37,317 bases of DNA, taken from positions 1-37,317 of IMG/VR virus record IMGVR_UViG_3300048598_000587; one strand, 5' to 3'. The position numbers and the translations under genes are program-made. The stretch is from a virus (lineage: Duplodnaviria > Caudoviricetes). Shown here one piece after another: positions 1 through 9,875 of this stretch. Within the stretch, counting starts at the first letter, position 1, and each line of letters opens with the position of its first letter. A model generated the notes under the pieces. The model did not search any database, was not told where the DNA came from, and saw nothing but the letters and a program-made list of their open reading frames with translations.

Positions 1-531
1 TTATAGGTCGAGGAACGATTCCGGCCATTGGCCAGAGTAATCGTAGTTTGATGGGTCGGCCATCCCGATCATATTGGCGCGATGCAGTTGGGCTGCGTCG
101 TCAATTGCCATCGCAGTCACGATGCCGGCGGCCATGATGCGCTTCAGACGGCCGAAGGTCATATCGACTTCACCATGGGCATCAACATCCATCGGCCGCC
201 AGCCTGCACGTACGACTGCATCATCCGCCAGGCCTTCAGCCGCCGCTTGATCGGCTAGCAATTTATATCGGAGCGCTGACCTTGCATCGGTGTCGTACCA
301 GCGCCCATCGACTTTGCAGCCCCCGTATTCAGTCCGACGGTCGCGCTCGGCTTTGATTGCTGACCATTTGCCGGATACCGTTTGCCCAGGGTTGATGAAG
401 GCGATATAGCGCTGATCACTATCTTCGACCTGGCCCTGATGCGGGTATTCGGCACCGTCTTGCGGACCACAGAAGACAGCGACAATAGCGCTCAGGGTAG
501 CGTCGGAAAACTGAACAGAAATATTAGACAT
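1..531 (-). CDS. Tail fibre assembly/chaperone-like protein (C-terminal DUF4376-like domain)
   Basis: Follows the tail fibre gene; WSAIKAERDRR...GGCKVDGRWYDTD and terminal YDYSGQWP resemble DUF4376 proteins. Confidence 0.6.
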   Translation of the reverse strand: MSNISVQFSDATLSAIVAVFCGPQDGAEYPHQGQVEDSDQRYIAFINPGQTVSGKWSAIKAERDRRTEYGGCKVDGRWYDTDARSALRYKLLADQAAAEGLADDAVVRAGWRPMDVDAHGEVDMTFGRLKRIMAAGIVTAMAIDDAAQLHRANMIGMADPSNYDYSGQWPESFLDL

Positions 532-540
532 GGCGAATCC

Positions 541-1797
541 TTAAATGGTGTATCCCGAGATGTAGATATAGAAATTCGGCGAGCCGGCACTATTCGTCGA
601 CTTGTAATAAACCGTTTGAGGCGTAGCAAGCTGAATGCCGGAAAATGGGGCGCCGACACCTAGACCCGTATCTGCAACGAACGTCGCACCGCTCATGTTC
701 GCGTCGCCGCCGATATAGAGTGTTTGAGTGCTCGTGACCGACGAATTGATATTCAGATGACCGGAAACAGTGGTCGCATTCTTGGGAACAGCCGCCGCAA
801 TGCTGAGCGATGTTGCCGAGGCCTGTACGGCCGACGTCGTTAAAACGTTGAGAATGGGCGAAATCCCGACATAACGGTCGGTCTGATGGCCAACGACAAA
901 TTGCGACGCGGAATTGGTCGCCCAGACGGATATCAGCGCCGATGCAGTAAATCCTACCGAAGCATTGGCGCCGCCATAGATCATCGGCATCACTGCCGCA
1001 GTCGCATTCACAGCTTTGATTTCTGAGGCGCCAGTCTGGGGATTGTAGAAGAGATAGAGCGCGACATATCCACTTGCCGGTGCTGCACCGGTATCCATCC
1101 CCCCCGAGCCGGTTATAGCGAGATTGACCAATTTATTGACGTTGGCGACTTTATAAGTTGCTCCGCCAAGCACCGACTCGACAATGACTTCATCGGCCGT
1201 GAAAGTGGCTGTTGCCGAGGCAGCAGCCACGCTCATTCTGGCGTTACGGACGGCGCCAACCGTGCCGGGCTGAGGCGTGACTCCAGTAGCAGGATTGAGC
1301 AATACCCATTTATCGGCAGCAGCATTAGCGCCCCGAACGCCGCGCACGTGCAGCACATGGCCAGCACCATGCACGTCGCCGGCAACGAGGGCGGCGCCCG
1401 CTCCTTTCACAACGCCAAAGGCACCGGTTCCTGCGTCAATGGTCAGGCCGGCACCGGTATTTGCACCGGTGGCGATGATCATGACGGTCACAGTCGGGAT
1501 ACGGCCCGCAACGTCGGTTGTTACTACAGGGACGAATCCCGCCGTAATGGCATCGACCGTTCCGCCTGCAACGGCCGTGATAGGTGCGGCCAGTTGGACG
1601 ATTTTCCGGACCGCCTGATTCAATTGAGTGCTATCGAGACTCGACAATGCCAGGCCCGCGCCCTCGACCACCGCAACCAGTTCGCGCTGGACGGCATTCA
1701 GCCATTCAGCAGTGATCTCGGTCGGCGGCCGGCTGGTGCCTGCATCCTCGGCGACAAACTCCCGACCCACATGGCCCGCACCGTTAATCTTGTCCAT
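541..1797 (-). CDS. Tail fibre protein
   Basis: N-terminus PPTEITAEWLNAVQRELVAVVEGAGL...QLNQAV typical of Mu-type fibres; start placed at MDKING (1797); position after the baseplate genes. Confidence 0.8.
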   Translation of the reverse strand: MDKINGAGHVGREFVAEDAGTSRPPTEITAEWLNAVQRELVAVVEGAGLALSSLDSTQLNQAVRKIVQLAAPITAVAGGTVDAITAGFVPVVTTDVAGRIPTVTVMIIATGANTGAGLTIDAGTGAFGVVKGAGAALVAGDVHGAGHVLHVRGVRGANAAADKWVLLNPATGVTPQPGTVGAVRNARMSVAAASATATFTADEVIVESVLGGATYKVANVNKLVNLAITGSGGMDTGAAPASGYVALYLFYNPQTGASEIKAVNATAAVMPMIYGGANASVGFTASALISVWATNSASQFVVGHQTDRYVGISPILNVLTTSAVQASATSLSIAAAVPKNATTVSGHLNINSSVTSTQTLYIGGDANMSGATFVADTGLGVGAPFSGIQLATPQTVYYKSTNSAGSPNFYIYISGYTI

Positions 1798-2362
1798 AAT
1801 CCACCTCCCCACCTACACCTGTAATGTCAATAAAATGCAGCCAGACATGGGCCTGCTTGAATGCCTTCAGCGCTTCGAACAACGGCTGCGGATCGACTAC
1901 TGAGCGGTAGTAATAAACGCGCATCACATAGCGACTGTTCGCACCGTAAAGACGGTCGCCGACTCGACTACCGACATGGAGCGGCTGCAGTAGATGCTCA
2001 ACCCGGACTAGCTCAACCGGAAACGTCGTAGCCGGCCCGGCGCTGCTCCAAACGCGATCACCAACCCGCGACCCCACCGCAAACGTGCGGCGGGGCATGG
2101 TCTCGGCGACACCGGCAATCGCCTCGCGTGCAACCCGGCAGTATTCGCTGATATTCCAGTTGCTCGCCTTCGGCCGATGTAATTCGATGGCCTGATCCAA
2201 TATCGCCTGGGCGGCTGCATCGATCCGGGCCAGCTCCTCACCGGTAGCAAGCAAGAGTGCATGACCGAAGCCGCCTTCCGGCCAATCCCAAGCCGCGCCC
2301 GGTATCAGTAGCGACTTGATCGCATCCGCGAAGTCGGCGGCCGAATGCTGCTCGACGATCAT
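1784..2362 (-). CDS. Baseplate wedge protein (Mu gp48-like)
   Basis: Between baseplate J and fibre; LLIPGAAW, ELARID and KQAHV motifs; VGSRVGDR occurs twice. Confidence 0.7.
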   Translation of the reverse strand: MIVEQHSAADFADAIKSLLIPGAAWDWPEGGFGHALLLATGEELARIDAAAQAILDQAIELHRPKASNWNISEYCRVAREAIAGVAETMPRRTFAVGSRVGDRVWSSAGPATTFPVELVRVEHLLQPLHVGSRVGDRLYGANSRYVMRVYYYRSVVDPQPLFEALKAFKQAHVWLHFIDITGVGGEVDYGQD

Positions 2363-3405
2363 GCAAAGACCACCGGGTCGAGCACCATCACCTCACCCGC
2401 ATTCACAGCAATATCCGCAAGCGGCGCCAAGCGCGTGTATTGGTTGGTCACCGTTGCAATCGCTGCATCGATCTCGGCCATGGCCAGCAAGGCGTCCTCG
2501 CTCGACTCGGCCAATATGGCCGCCTGCAATGCAGCCGTGATTGCTGTCCGATTGCCGGCCGTATCGGCTGCCGGCAAAAGATCAATGCTGACGGTTACAC
2601 CGCGCCGGATCGGCGCCGTCAGACGCCAATCCGCCGTCGCCGGCACCACTGAATAAAAGTACTCGGCCACCGCTGCCAAAACTGCCGCAGAGGGCGCCCG
2701 GTCGGCCAGGCTGTTGCAGATCGGGCGGACCAACACCGTGCCTGTACCGAGCGCATGCGGTTGAACCAGGGCACCGGTTACCGAGGGATGGGCCGAGCGC
2801 GCCCAAAACCGATAATCGTCCGGCTTGCCGGAGCGGGCGCCGCGCGTCGTGACGACTTGCCACTCTTCGGCGACGCGAGCGCGCCAGACTTCGAGATCCT
2901 CTTCGGCCTCGCCGCCACTCAAGCCACCGACGTCGATGCTCAGCGTGCTGTCGACACCGGGCACCGGATCAACCAGCGTCAATGTCAGCCCCGCCGCCTG
3001 GTTACCCTCGGCGCCGGCAGTGGTGCAGCGCACCGTGACCGCCGTTGCACCGGCGCCAAGATTGACCGCTGCCAATACCGTGTAATCAAGGCCGTTCTGA
3101 CCACGCAACTCCGTGCCGGCCAGCAACGGCGTGCCCGCCGTACCCGTTGCCAAGGCAATCCCCGTTGCGGCCGTCGCAGCCAGCCGATCAACACCATACA
3201 GCGCCGCCCAGTCGTAAAGGCGTTCCAGCTCACAGGTCAGCGGCGAGCACTGCTTCAGTATCCATTCGAGATACCCGTGCTCACCATGACAGGCCTTGGA
3301 CCAGGCGCTGGCAAGCCGACCCCGCAAGACAGCCGGCACAGCAGCCAGATCGGCCTCAATACGCGTCAGCAGTTCGGTATAACTCGGGCGGACGTAATCA
3401 GTCAC
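2359..3405 (-). CDS. Baseplate J-like protein (Mu gp47)
   Basis: RPSYTEL, ATAATG, GGEAEEDLEVWRAR and DYRFWA motifs. Confidence 0.9.
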   Translation of the reverse strand: MTDYVRPSYTELLTRIEADLAAVPAVLRGRLASAWSKACHGEHGYLEWILKQCSPLTCELERLYDWAALYGVDRLAATAATGIALATGTAGTPLLAGTELRGQNGLDYTVLAAVNLGAGATAVTVRCTTAGAEGNQAAGLTLTLVDPVPGVDSTLSIDVGGLSGGEAEEDLEVWRARVAEEWQVVTTRGARSGKPDDYRFWARSAHPSVTGALVQPHALGTGTVLVRPICNSLADRAPSAAVLAAVAEYFYSVVPATADWRLTAPIRRGVTVSIDLLPAADTAGNRTAITAALQAAILAESSEDALLAMAEIDAAIATVTNQYTRLAPLADIAVNAGEVMVLDPVVFA

Positions 3406-3815
3406 AGCGGCACTTTCACAAGGAATTGGCGACCATTGTGCTGACCGGACACCGCCAAAACCATGCTGGAAACGCTTCCAGCGGCGGCGTTAGCAGATAC
3501 ATCCTCAACCGTGACATCAGTCAGCGCCGGATCGGCGCTATTCAATGCCTGGCGTACCATCGCCAGCGTTTCGGCACGCGCCGCAGCGCTCAGCGCCTGG
3601 CGGCGAACATGCCAGAGACCCGTACCGGCGGTTGGGTCATCCCACCAGCCTTCACGCCGATATGCATCCGCCTCGCGACTCTCCGGCGCTTCGGAATCGC
3701 TGAACAGAATGGCATAGACCACCGTGGCCACCGCTGCAGCAGCATCATCTGCTGCGGGATCGTCGAAAGCGAGATCGAACACGCCCCAATCAGTCTGAAC
3801 CAGTTTCAGCATCAA
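3402..3815 (-). CDS. Baseplate protein (Mu gp46-like)
   Basis: RREGWWDD..AGTGLW motif; synteny. Confidence 0.85.
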   Translation of the reverse strand: MMLKLVQTDWGVFDLAFDDPAADDAAAAVATVVYAILFSDSEAPESREADAYRREGWWDDPTAGTGLWHVRRQALSAAARAETLAMVRQALNSADPALTDVTVEDVSANAAAGSVSSMVLAVSGQHNGRQFLVKVPL

Positions 3816-4408
3816 TCTACCCCTAGGGTGTGGCCACCCGCAGTATTCGTTTCCAGGTGGGTATGGGCATCGCTGACGGACTTGCCGTTGCTGGTCAGCG
3901 CGCCATGTGTCTCCGTACCGTTTTCAATCAGGACGCCGTGCCGTAGCCAGGCGCGGCCGCCACCCGTACCGCCATAGCCCTCGTTCGATGTCGTTTGACC
4001 GAGCACCAGCAGATTGCCGCCGATCTTGGCGTCGTGCGTTGTCTCGAAGAGCGGCGTATCGGCCAGCACCTTGGTCGATGCCTTGACCTCGATCACGCCG
4101 CCGCGCTGGATATGCACGTAGTTGCCCTGATCGTCGTGGATAGCCACTTCGCCATCCTGCAGGTCCATTTGATATTGCTTATCGCCGACTACCAGCGCTA
4201 CACCGTAGGAGCGGTCGCCGCCGGGAAAAGCCAGGTAGGCCTGGCAACCAGGTAGCGGCCGGTAGGAAAAGCCATAAGGCTCGACACGCTCGATATTGCT
4301 CAGCGGCTCATCATCGAGCACACGGACCTGCACCTTGTCAGCGCTGATCCGCAACCCCTTGCTCTTGGCAAAAAGCAGTTTCAGCCGGGCAAATACCTGT
4401 TCAATCAC
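3812..4408 (-). CDS. Baseplate spike (Mu gp45-like)
   Basis: EPYGFSYRP, GGDRS, GEVAIHDDQG and a C-terminal HTH (HxH) metal-binding tip. Confidence 0.9.
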   Translation of the reverse strand: MIEQVFARLKLLFAKSKGLRISADKVQVRVLDDEPLSNIERVEPYGFSYRPLPGCQAYLAFPGGDRSYGVALVVGDKQYQMDLQDGEVAIHDDQGNYVHIQRGGVIEVKASTKVLADTPLFETTHDAKIGGNLLVLGQTTSNEGYGGTGGGRAWLRHGVLIENGTETHGALTSNGKSVSDAHTHLETNTAGGHTLGVD

Positions 4409-5438
4409 GATTTGCCCCCTTCACCCCTGCGCCGCGTTTGGCCTTCTTCTTTTCTTCGCCGATGAAGGCATTGCGATGCATCACCTGCAGCATGGTGATA
4501 TGGCCCCCCCGGTCATCCAGCCGGAAGGCTCGCTCACCGATCAGGAATACCCCATCGATGTCCTCGCCGGGAATGATCACCCGAACTTGAGTATTGATCG
4601 CCCACGGGTGCCATACCCCGTTTCCATCCTGGTAACGCCAGCCCGGCACTTCCAGCTCGATCCGATGCGCCCGCGCCAGGCGGCGGTTACGTTCGAGCAC
4701 AGCCCGGCGCTCGCAACTCCCCAGCCCCTGGCCATGCTTGTCAGCGACGACGTGCATCGGCCGGAAGAAGGTGATGCCGGTATCCTTTGCCGCGCCCCTC
4801 AGCGCTTCGTTTGCGCCGTAGTCGTAACCCTTGATCGTGTAGTCGGAAAAGCGCAGCTTGTCCTCATCGATCACCTCATAGGACTTGATATTCACCCCAT
4901 GCAGCGTGCTCACCGGCAGCGCCTCGCTCGGCTTGGTCAGGATCAGACCGCCATCGGGCAGCGGGTACAGCAGCAGGTTCGAAGCGCGCACGGCGTTGAT
5001 CAATGCATTTGCCGGCACTTCGCACTGCATTGAAAAATCCGGCACCACAGCTGTCTCTGCGTCGATCTTTACAGGCACTTCAAACTGCTTGCAAAGGCGT
5101 TTCACAATCTCGCCAAGCTTCAAGCCAGACAGGGTTTTTGAGTACTGGCAATCGACCAGCTCACGCGCCAGCGAGCGGCCGTTGAAGCGCATCTCGTGGC
5201 TCTCTGCATCGACTTTTCGGCGGCGGCTATCGGAACGCGTTGTCGTGACCACTTCACCACCGATCAGCACGTCAACGACAGTATTCGCCGTCAGCGCCAT
5301 GCCGGCGCCCGTGCCCGGCTTGGCGTAGGCCAAATGCACCGAGGCGCACAAGTCATCGACCGACTCACGGATATCCACCCGTTGCCAATATGCGTAGCGC
5401 TGGCCGTCAAAGCGCAGCTCGACTGTTGCCTCATCCAT
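4401..5438 (-). CDS. Baseplate hub (Mu gp44/P-like)
   Basis: GRSLARELVDC, RFSDY and WAINTQVRV motifs; start placed at MDEATV (5438), overlapping the upstream stop. Confidence 0.85.
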   Translation of the reverse strand: MDEATVELRFDGQRYAYWQRVDIRESVDDLCASVHLAYAKPGTGAGMALTANTVVDVLIGGEVVTTTRSDSRRRKVDAESHEMRFNGRSLARELVDCQYSKTLSGLKLGEIVKRLCKQFEVPVKIDAETAVVPDFSMQCEVPANALINAVRASNLLLYPLPDGGLILTKPSEALPVSTLHGVNIKSYEVIDEDKLRFSDYTIKGYDYGANEALRGAAKDTGITFFRPMHVVADKHGQGLGSCERRAVLERNRRLARAHRIELEVPGWRYQDGNGVWHPWAINTQVRVIIPGEDIDGVFLIGERAFRLDDRGGHITMLQVMHRNAFIGEEKKKAKRGAGVKGANRD

Positions 5439-6588
5439 AAACACGCCCCGAAACAAACAACGGATGCCGCACGGTGTTCCTGGCCAGGAACACCGACTCA
5501 TCGACCTGCAGGCGGTGGGCCAGCAAGGCGGCCGGCAGCGGCCCGGCTACATCGCGCACCATTGCCGGCTGCAAGTCCTGGGCGAGCAGTGCCTCGATCA
5601 GCGACGCCCGGGCAGCTACCGCCGCATCAAACACGGCATCGGTCAGACTGGGCAGCAAGGTATCCAGGGCATCCACTGCCGTCGTCATGGCCGCATCGCG
5701 ATCTGCGGCGGCCCGGTAGTCGGCCAGCGCGATCTGCGCAGCCGACGCCACAAACAAGCGGCTGCGCAACGCATCCTCTCGAACCAGGTTGCGGCGCACC
5801 GCGCCATCTGTTGCGGCCATGCCCTCGACCGTCACCCGGTTGCCCGACCCGGCAGCGGACGCAACACAATGAATCACGCGCGGCCGGTCTGTATCGGCAA
5901 TGTCATCACTATTCGGCCCCAGCCCCAGCACACTGGCAAAGCCGGCAAGTGCCGTCGCGTACTGGCTGGGCACCGCCATCAGCGCCGCCAGATCACCTTT
6001 GAGGCCGGCGCCGAGCGTGCGGATCTGGCTGGCCATGGTCAGCGGTAGCGTCGCCAGTGACAGCGCATTACGCAATACATCGAGCTTGCTGCTAACCGTG
6101 GCCACGAAGGCTGTCATGCCCCCTGCGCTCATCGTTTCAAGCCCGAAATCATCCAGCGATGCCGAGACAAACTCGGTCATGCGGGTGGCGGCAACATCGA
6201 CCCGATCCGTCGTCGGCTGCACGCTGCCGCCACCTTCAACAAACTCAATTGATACGGTGCAATAGCCGCCCTTGTCGTTGCTCTCCTGTATCGACCAGTC
6301 CTTGGCCCGAACCCAGAGCAGGCCAAACCATGGATGGTTCAGCCAGTCGGCGCCCGGCGTCGCCAGCTTGGCCAGAAAGCCGTTACGCTCCAAGTCATAG
6401 TCTGGCCCGATGAAATAGGCGTTCAGGCGCCAGTTCCAGGCCTTGCCGCCCAAGTCTTCGACCTCGGGCACGTCGGAGCCGGGAAACTCATGCACCACGA
6501 GTCGCCGGCCGCTCTTCGCATCGTGGCTATCCGTCCGAAACTCAAAGCCCCGAAAAGACGCCGTGGTTAAACGATCAAGCCAGCTCAT
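5431..6588 (-). CDS. DNA circularization protein (Mu gp43/N-like)
   Basis: MSWLDRLTTASFRG...GRRLVVHEFP...EDLG N-terminus; VRHPLFV C-terminus. Confidence 0.9.
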   Translation of the reverse strand: MSWLDRLTTASFRGFEFRTDSHDAKSGRRLVVHEFPGSDVPEVEDLGGKAWNWRLNAYFIGPDYDLERNGFLAKLATPGADWLNHPWFGLLWVRAKDWSIQESNDKGGYCTVSIEFVEGGGSVQPTTDRVDVAATRMTEFVSASLDDFGLETMSAGGMTAFVATVSSKLDVLRNALSLATLPLTMASQIRTLGAGLKGDLAALMAVPSQYATALAGFASVLGLGPNSDDIADTDRPRVIHCVASAAGSGNRVTVEGMAATDGAVRRNLVREDALRSRLFVASAAQIALADYRAAADRDAAMTTAVDALDTLLPSLTDAVFDAAVAARASLIEALLAQDLQPAMVRDVAGPLPAALLAHRLQVDESVFLARNTVRHPLFVSGRVYG

Positions 6589-8798
6589 CCCGGTGCTCCC
6601 GTATTCATGTTGCCGGTGTTCAAATAGACCTTGCCGCCGCTGGCATCCATGCTTTGCGACTGCAACACCAGGCCGGGCGCCAGACCAACCTGCAGCTTTG
6701 CCGAGACATCGAGCGGCTTCTGCTCGGCCGGGCGCAGCGAGCGCTGAAGATCGATCAGCCCCTGAATGGCAGCACCCAGCGCACCGCCCGCCAGCGCACC
6801 GACGCCGGTGCCGACCAGCGGCACAACACTGCCCAGGGTTGCGCCGACAGCTGCGCCATTGAGCGCACTGGATCCGTAGCGGGATATCGCCGAATCGGCG
6901 CCGAAGCCTTTCTCCAATGCATAGTCACCCGCCAGCGCACTGAGGCCGGCAATGCCGCCGACTTTTGCCCCGCGAAGTACGGTCTTTCCGGCCGGGCTTC
7001 CCACGACAGTGCCGGTATATCGCTCAATGGCGCCGCCGCCAGGTAGCTTTCCGCCCAAACCGACTGTTGCGAGCCCGGCAGCGCCGGCCAGCGCCGCCAG
7101 CGCTGTCGTTGCCAGCGTCGTCACGCCGGTCAACAGCGGGTATTTGCTGGCCAGGTCGCCGAACGCTTCAGCGGCTTTACCGATGGCCGGCGTCAAGCTG
7201 TCCATCACGGTCTTCTGCGCATTGGAAGCCTCTTCTCTGGAAGCTTCAACTTGATAAGAGGCCGTTGAGGAAATGGTTTTATGAGAGACCCGGCTTTCCA
7301 ACTCATCCCGCCTATTAGCCGGGATTGAGTATTGACCGATGACGCCAGTGCGAACTTTGTCGACAATATCGGCATTGCCCATAATGCCCAGCAAAGCACC
7401 CAGCGACTGCTGATTATGGAACACCTTTCCAGTCAGTACGCCCTGTACCTGAGCTGCCATGGCCTCGAGAATTTCTTTCCTCTTCGGGTCTTTTTCCCCA
7501 AGTCCTTTGAGCTGGCCTTTCAGATCAGCAAAGCGTTTATCACGTGAAAAGATGGTTTCCATCATTTCCGTGGTGGCAGTGACCTTATCAATTCCCCGAC
7601 TGGCGTAATCCAGATAAACCGCATCAATATCCTTCATGCGTTTTTCTTTCTCGCCCTTCTTAGCCTTCTGACCATTTGCTAGATACGCCTCAGACATGAA
7701 TTTCCGGAAGTGTGGTGAATTCAATTCGTTGAGTAGGTCAGCCAGATTGTTACCAGCTTCATCCTTTGTTCCAGCAGTAATTGCCGATGCTTCATTCCAA
7801 GCGGCCAGCTTGGCTAATCCACCTGTACCTGTGATGCCCAATTGTTTGGCTTTGGCCATTTGAGCCGGAAGCCATTTCGCCATGTTTTTTAATTCAAAAG
7901 ACCCCATCTGACCGGCTACCTGCGTACCGCTCAAAGCGCCCTCAAGATCATCGGCGCTAATGTTGAAGGTCTGCATCGCCCTTACTGCAGTCAAGGCGAT
8001 TTCGTTAGGGTCAGCATTGGCACCCCGTGCCTGCTTGATAACGGTTGGCAGAATCTTAAGTGCATCGCCTATGTCGACTGCATTTGACGCAATCATGGTA
8101 TCGAGTGCTTCAGCGACGGTTTCACGCGTTCCGCCACCAATTTTACGAGCCTTGGCGATCTCGGCCTCTAGCGTCTTCGCACCCATTAACCGGCCAGCGG
8201 CATCGCGTTGGCCGCTAAATGCGGTATTTGCCATATGAGCCATACGTTCGTCGTAGCTCATCGCCGCCATCGCCGGGCTTTTCAGGGTATAGGCGGCAGC
8301 ACCGAGGCCAACAGCCCCGGCCACACCAGCGCGGACCACCCGCTGGCCACGGGCAATATCGGCCTCGATCTGACCCATGCGCTTGGCTTCGTCCGCCGCC
8401 TTCTTCTGCGCCGCAGTCAGCTTGCCCATCTCATTCGTCAGCCGCGTGATGCGCGACTGCACGGCAGCATAAGCCCGCTCCTGTTCCTGGGCACTGGCAA
8501 AGCCAGCCTTGGCCAAGCGCCCGTATGCCGCTTCAGTCTGCTGGATTTCGCGCTGGATCATCCGTTCTGACCGGATGCCCAGATTTTCGCGGGCCTGTGC
8601 CGTCTTCTCGTAACTGCTGCGCTGGCGGGCATTACCGCGCTCGGTCGCTTCGGCGGCACGCTTCGATGCGCGTTCGGTGGCCGTGGCCACGCGGTCAGAT
8701 ATGGTTTCGACCGTCTTTTCGACAGCCTTCAGGTCTGCTGTCGCACTATCCTTCAGCCGCAGGCGCAGTTCGACATCGACGGCTGTTGGGTTAGACAT
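6585..8798 (-). CDS. Tail tape measure protein
   Basis: 737-aa Ala/Gly-rich helical protein; GSFELKNMAKWLP and DEAGNNL core; lies between chaperone and gp43. Confidence 0.9.
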   Translation of the reverse strand: MSNPTAVDVELRLRLKDSATADLKAVEKTVETISDRVATATERASKRAAEATERGNARQRSSYEKTAQARENLGIRSERMIQREIQQTEAAYGRLAKAGFASAQEQERAYAAVQSRITRLTNEMGKLTAAQKKAADEAKRMGQIEADIARGQRVVRAGVAGAVGLGAAAYTLKSPAMAAMSYDERMAHMANTAFSGQRDAAGRLMGAKTLEAEIAKARKIGGGTRETVAEALDTMIASNAVDIGDALKILPTVIKQARGANADPNEIALTAVRAMQTFNISADDLEGALSGTQVAGQMGSFELKNMAKWLPAQMAKAKQLGITGTGGLAKLAAWNEASAITAGTKDEAGNNLADLLNELNSPHFRKFMSEAYLANGQKAKKGEKEKRMKDIDAVYLDYASRGIDKVTATTEMMETIFSRDKRFADLKGQLKGLGEKDPKRKEILEAMAAQVQGVLTGKVFHNQQSLGALLGIMGNADIVDKVRTGVIGQYSIPANRRDELESRVSHKTISSTASYQVEASREEASNAQKTVMDSLTPAIGKAAEAFGDLASKYPLLTGVTTLATTALAALAGAAGLATVGLGGKLPGGGAIERYTGTVVGSPAGKTVLRGAKVGGIAGLSALAGDYALEKGFGADSAISRYGSSALNGAAVGATLGSVVPLVGTGVGALAGGALGAAIQGLIDLQRSLRPAEQKPLDVSAKLQVGLAPGLVLQSQSMDASGGKVYLNTGNMNTGAPG

Positions 8799-8801
8799 AT
8801 G

Positions 8802-8834
8802 AAAAAAGCTCCAGGCACAGGGTGACTGGAGCTT
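8802..8834 (-). terminator. Intrinsic terminator-like hairpin that also sequesters the tape measure RBS
   Basis: Minus strand AAGCTCCAG-11nt-CTGGAGCTT followed by a T-run, ending just before ATG 8798. Confidence 0.6.
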
Positions 8835-8876
8835 ATTCGGGGTGAATCATTTCGCCACGGCTGGAAACGTTTCCCG
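8830..8876 (-). promoter_or_regulatory. Putative Mor/C-activated late promoter (tape measure)
   Basis: CGGGAAACGTTTCCAGCC, 23 bp, TAAGCT; same motif and spacing as at 18162-18208 and 27595-27642. Confidence 0.7.
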
Positions 8877-8889
8877 CTGGGCGATCAGG

Positions 8890-9311
8890 CTATTCGAACT
8901 TACGGCCGCTCATGGCTGCAGCCAGGCCGGCTAACACAAACAGTTTCTTCAGCGGCAGCGCTTCGATGACCGGCAGGGGCTGATGCATCACGTTCATCAT
9001 CAGCCCCACCGCCATCATGATTCGGACGACTTTTTTTCAGCACCGCCTTCGCCCTGGTTGGCGTCTTCTTCATCGGCCGTGATCAGCTCATCGGCCATCT
9101 TCTCGGCGGCGCGGTAGTCCGGCCCGCGCAACTGCTTGATCAGGGCTTCGTCGGTACCAGTCAGGCTGGCGATCAGCGCAATGCGCTGCGCTACGCCGCC
9201 GCGCTGGTCGAACGACAAGTAATCGGCGGCAATCGTGTAGTCGCGAAACTGCAGTTTGCTGATGGTCGTCTTGCCGAGCGGGATCGGATGCTTCAGGGGG
9301 AGTGTGCTCAT
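8890..9311 (-). CDS. Tail assembly chaperone, -1 frameshift-extended (G-T) form
   Basis: Slippery A AAA AAG at 9036-9030; the -1 frame stays open to TAG at 8890 (VVRIMMAVG...GRKFE). Confidence 0.7.
9015..9311 (-). CDS. Tail assembly chaperone (Mu gp41-like)
   Basis: LPLKHPI..LQFRD..IASLTG..IKQL..DY pattern; upstream of tape measure. Confidence 0.85.
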   Translation of the reverse strand: MSTLPLKHPIPLGKTTISKLQFRDYTIAADYLSFDQRGGVAQRIALIASLTGTDEALIKQLRGPDYRAAEKMADELITADEEDANQGEGGAEKKSSES

Positions 9312-9331
9312 GTGTAGGCTCCTGTTGATGA

Positions 9332-9574
9332 TTAATGACGGTCGCCGCGCTTGAGGCGGCCCATAAAAAGCGGTGGGGGCAACAGCCGGGGCCGAGGTGA
9401 ATGCGGCACCAGATGCACCACCCTGATCCGGCCATCGTTATCCCGCCGACCCCAAAGAAAGTGCGGCCCAGGGTAATTATCACTGCCCCGAATGACCAGG
9501 TAACTGCCCGGGTGCCGAATTAACATCCAGACCGCAAAGAACAAGCAATTCGATGGCCGAGGCGTGCGGGCCAT
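9332..9574 (-). CDS. Small basic hypothetical protein (80 aa)
   Basis: ATG 9574 directly after the stop of the previous gene; SNCLFFAVW...PHFLW...PPPLFMG. Confidence 0.6.
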   Translation of the reverse strand: MARTPRPSNCLFFAVWMLIRHPGSYLVIRGSDNYPGPHFLWGRRDNDGRIRVVHLVPHSPRPRLLPPPLFMGRLKRGDRH

Positions 9575-9575
9575 G

Positions 9576-9875
9576 TCAGATAACCTTGCTCGCCTGAACG
9601 GAAAATTCCCCCTCGACGGCGCCGGCATTGGGCGCTGCAAACTCCCAGCGATAGCGCCACAAACCGGCCACATTCGCCACCACATCGACGTGATAGCGGC
9701 CGACTGCATCCTTGACCACTTCGGGGAGCGCGAGCGATCCACCCGGCGGGCGAATCTTGAGCACGACCGTGCCGGGATCGACCCCTTTTCCGGCCCGATC
9801 AAGTACACGCACGGGCACGCGAACGACCTGGCCAATGAGAAAACCGGGGACGGGCTCAGACATGAACGGCCTCAC
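9576..9875 (-). CDS. Small beta-sandwich (Ig/BppU-like) virion protein
   Basis: VDP.TVVLKIRPPGG...VGRYHVDV...GLWRYRW...EGEFSV alternating beta-strand pattern. Confidence 0.55.
   Translation of the reverse strand: MRPFMSEPVPGFLIGQVVRVPVRVLDRAGKGVDPGTVVLKIRPPGGSLALPEVVKDAVGRYHVDVVANVAGLWRYRWEFAAPNAGAVEGEFSVQASKVI

Noticed and set aside
1-1797. Tail-fibre variation system (Gin-type inversion or diversity-generating retroelement)
   Set aside because: No invertase, reverse transcriptase or template/variable repeat pair seen in the window; the region left of base 1 cannot be assessed
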